Below, piece after piece: positions 62,229-64,000 of a DNA stretch of 64,000 nucleotides (position 1 is the stretch's first letter; each line of letters begins with the position of its first letter). Below the pieces are notes generated by a model. The model saw only the letters and a program-made list of their open reading frames with translations. It had not been told where the DNA came from and did not search any database. The translations under genes were made by a program, and so were the position numbers. The DNA is from Verrucomicrobiales bacterium (lineage in GTDB: Bacteria; Verrucomicrobiota; Verrucomicrobiia; Limisphaerales; CAIMTB01), in the NCBI GenBank assembly GCA_016795425.1, contig JAEUHG010000130.1:12093-76092 (forward strand), read 5' to 3'.

Positions 62229-62255
62229 GCATCGGCAGTTTTTTCCACGACTTAA
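62229..62255 (-). promoter_or_regulatory. Candidate sigma28 (FliA) promoter in front of cheX
   Basis: The minus strand reads TTAA-N15-GCCGATGC, against the consensus TAAA-N15-GCCGATAA. The -10 element ends 9 nt before the cheX ATG, implying a near-leaderless transcript. Confidence 0.3.
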
Positions 62256-62325
62256 GGTCCATTCCCAAAACCTTACGCACCTTCCAGGGTGTTAACCCAA
62301 CCATTCTCTCTGCCGATGTGAACTG

Positions 62326-63246
62326 GTGATGACCATCGACCTGGCATCGCCGCCAGTCGCTCTGCCGAAGTGCGACGCACACCAGATTGAAAATCGGGTC
62401 CGCAACTGCCCCCGATTGCCCTCCCTGGGAAGCGTCAACAGCGCTCTCCGCGAACTACTGAGCGCCGATCAGCGCTACACCTCCCAAATCGCCGAAGTCA
62501 TCCGCCGAGATCCCAGCCTCACGGCCCGTCTCCTGCGCCTCGTCAATTCCGTCTATTTCGGGTTTTCCACCCCCATTAACAGTATCGAGGAGGCTGTCTT
62601 CTTTCTCGGTGTCCGTCAGATCCGGCAACTCGCGATGATGACCCCCATCATCGAGGATTTCCAAAAGCTCGCTGGCTCCGTGAAGTTCGAATGGCGCGAG
62701 TTCTGGCAGCATTGCATCGGCACCGCGATCCTCACCCGCGAAGTCACCGGCGCCTTCGAGGTCCCCGGAGACGAATCGGATTATGTCGCCGGTCTCGTCC
62801 ATGATGTGGGCAAGATCGTCATGGCCGCCGCTTTCCCCGACCACTTCGCCGCCATCCAGGCCCAACACCGCGAGTCGCTACGCGATCTCTGCAGCCTGGA
62901 AACCGAAATCCTGGGCGTCGACCACACCGAACTCGGTGCGCTTTACCTGCGCAGTCATCGGCTCCCGGAACTGCTCGTCGAAACCGCCCGGTTCCATCAC
63001 AATCCCGAAGCTGCTCCCCGCCACGCCCGCATCATCGCGGCCGTTCAGATCGCCGATCTACTCATCCGCCACGCCCAAATCGGCAACAGCGGAAACCGTC
63101 GCGAAATCACCTCCGACGCCTGGCTCAACGCCTCCGGTTGGGACATCCTCTGCGCCCAGAAATCCGGCGAGGAGAAATCCATCGCCGAAGCCAGCCTCCT
63201 CCGCAGCCTCGAACGGCTCGCGACGATCCTCGACGGCCTCGTCTAG
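62326..63246 (+). CDS. HDOD-domain signalling protein
   Basis: 306 aa and the only plus-strand gene. LPSLGSVNSALRELLSADQRYTSQIAEVIRRDPSLTARLLRLVNSVYFG...GLVHDVGKIVMA is the HDOD pattern. The start is GTG 62326 or ATG 62329. Confidence 0.8.
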   Translation: MMTIDLASPPVALPKCDAHQIENRVRNCPRLPSLGSVNSALRELLSADQRYTSQIAEVIRRDPSLTARLLRLVNSVYFGFSTPINSIEEAVFFLGVRQIRQLAMMTPIIEDFQKLAGSVKFEWREFWQHCIGTAILTREVTGAFEVPGDESDYVAGLVHDVGKIVMAAAFPDHFAAIQAQHRESLRDLCSLETEILGVDHTELGALYLRSHRLPELLVETARFHHNPEAAPRHARIIAAVQIADLLIRHAQIGNSGNRREITSDAWLNASGWDILCAQKSGEEKSIAEASLLRSLERLATILDGLV

Positions 63247-63356
63247 CCTTCTCGAAAGCGGGGTCAGAGTCCGCGATCCTCCGTCTGGGGACGCCGCCGC
63301 CACCGCCACCGCCACCCGACTGCTCCCAACGTCGGGCGCCGGCCATAATAGTCCCG

Positions 63357-64000
63357 TCAATCCTCGGCAAATCGCACCAGGCTGTCCTCGGGGCGCGCCT
63401 CTTCCTGGATGCACCGGTTCAATTCCGATACCATTTCGCGCACCACAAAGGGCTTCAAGAGGAACGAAATCCGGCCACCACCCGCCTTTTCCGCCTCCTC
63501 CCGCTGCCCCGGCAACCCGCTAATCGCCAAAATGGCCACGGCGGGCTTGATCTTGCGGAACATCGCAATCGCCCCGGCGCCATCGATGAACGGCATCATC
63601 ATGTCGATCACCACCGCCGAAATCTCCGAATGCCGCCGGCCAAAGACCGAAATCGCCTCGGCGCCGTCGCCCGCCAGAATCACACGGTACCCCGCGCGCT
63701 CCAACGCGCTCCGCAACAACTCCCGGATCACGTCCTCGTCATCCACCACCAACACCCAGCGCTCCGAGCCTGAGGCTTCCGCAACCGCCACCACCGGCTT
63801 CGCCGGCGGGGCTGGATCGGTTCCCAAGGGCAGGTGAATGCGGAATTGCGAGCCGCTCCCGATCTTGGTGACGACCTGGATAAATCCTCCGTGGCTGCGC
63901 ACGATACCCTGCACCGTTGACAAGCCGAGCCCTGTGCCTTGCCCCAGCGGCTTGGTGGTGAAGAAGGGATCAAAGATCCGATCCAGGACCTCCGGAGGAA
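63357..64000 (-). CDS. Hybrid histidine kinase, C-terminal part (HATPase_c end + REC); 5' end outside the window
   Basis: The frame stays open upstream of the track's TTG start: ...[40 protein letters not shown] (G1/G2 boxes). A receiver domain follows ([15 protein letters not shown]...[12 protein letters not shown]...LLKPF). Confidence 0.8.
   Translation of the reverse strand, partial: PPEVLDRIFDPFFTTKPLGQGTGLGLSTVQGIVRSHGGFIQVVTKIGSGSQFRIHLPLGTDPAPPAKPVVAVAEASGSERWVLVVDDEDVIRELLRSALERAGYRVILAGDGAEAISVFGRRHSEISAVVIDMMMPFIDGAGAIAMFRKIKPAVAILAISGLPGQREEAEKAGGGRISFLLKPFVVREMVSELNRCIQEEARPEDSLVRFAED

Noticed and set aside
63293-63317. Simple repeat GCCGCCGCCACCGCCACCGCCACC in the convergent gap between the HDOD gene and the kinase gene
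   Set aside because: It is a low-complexity triplet/hexamer run with only ~3-4 units and no flanking structure. It is probably compositional.
1-64000. Looked for CRISPR arrays, rRNA/tRNA genes, IS/transposase or integrase genes and phage modules
   Set aside because: None was seen. The few intergenic gaps over 100 nt were read on both strands: 2324-2529, 9685-9951, 11314-11470, 17454-17582, 22003-22189, 32322-32593, 42542-42756, 56492-56660 and 63247-63356. They contain promoter- or terminator-like elements rather than cloverleaf-like or repeat-spacer structure. This is an eye scan, not tRNAscan or Infernal.

Overview
GC-rich bacterial chromosomal window, almost fully coding. All but one gene (62326-63246) are on the minus strand. 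I read four blocks.

(1) 1-17453: a type II secretion / type IV pilus-like locus. In transcription order it holds two PilB/GspE-type ATPases flanking a PilT retraction ATPase, a GspF/PilC platform protein, a terminator, an inserted BrnT/BrnA toxin-antitoxin pair, five prepilin-type pseudopilins, a giant 1241-aa GspK/PilX-like protein, and an S8 subtilisin-like protease. The protease runs off the left edge and is missing from the supplied ORF track.

(2) 17583-24514: deoC, then an uncharacterised envelope thiol-redox module. The module comprises a DUF4266-like 68-aa lipoprotein, a thioredoxin domain fused to a predicted outer-membrane barrel, and a thioredoxin-Ig-P-domain protein. A Kef/CPA2 antiporter with two RCK_C domains follows.

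(3) 24590-58160: one contiguous ~33.6 kb flagellar cluster in Bacillus/spirochaete-like gene order, running flgB-flgC-fliE-fliF...flhF, fliA, motAB, flgFG-A-H-I-J-N-K-L. A sigma54 enhancer-binding response regulator heads it. A recurring GG-N10-GC promoter motif (consensus by eye TGGCAY-N5-GTGCTT) splits it into at least four units, and two of the junctions also carry terminator hairpins. Unusual points are a 1138-aa FliK with 3 x 24-aa tandem repeats, no FlhG, and two unknown small proteins embedded in the cluster.

(4) 58173-64000: accessory and signalling genes. These are a FlgN-like protein, a TPR protein, a Pro-rich secreted protein, a REC-pseudoREC-STAS regulator, CheX, an HDOD protein and a partial hybrid histidine kinase.

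The pseudopilin N-termini (FTLIELLVVIAIIGILASMLLPA) suggest a PVC-type (Verrucomicrobiota/Planctomycetota-like) host, but that is inference only. I saw no rRNA, tRNA, CRISPR array or transposase. All family assignments rest on motif recognition by eye; no database search was run. Many long ORFs in the track are antisense or alternate-frame shadows typical of GC-rich DNA. The track also accepts GTG/TTG starts, so several N-termini were trimmed.
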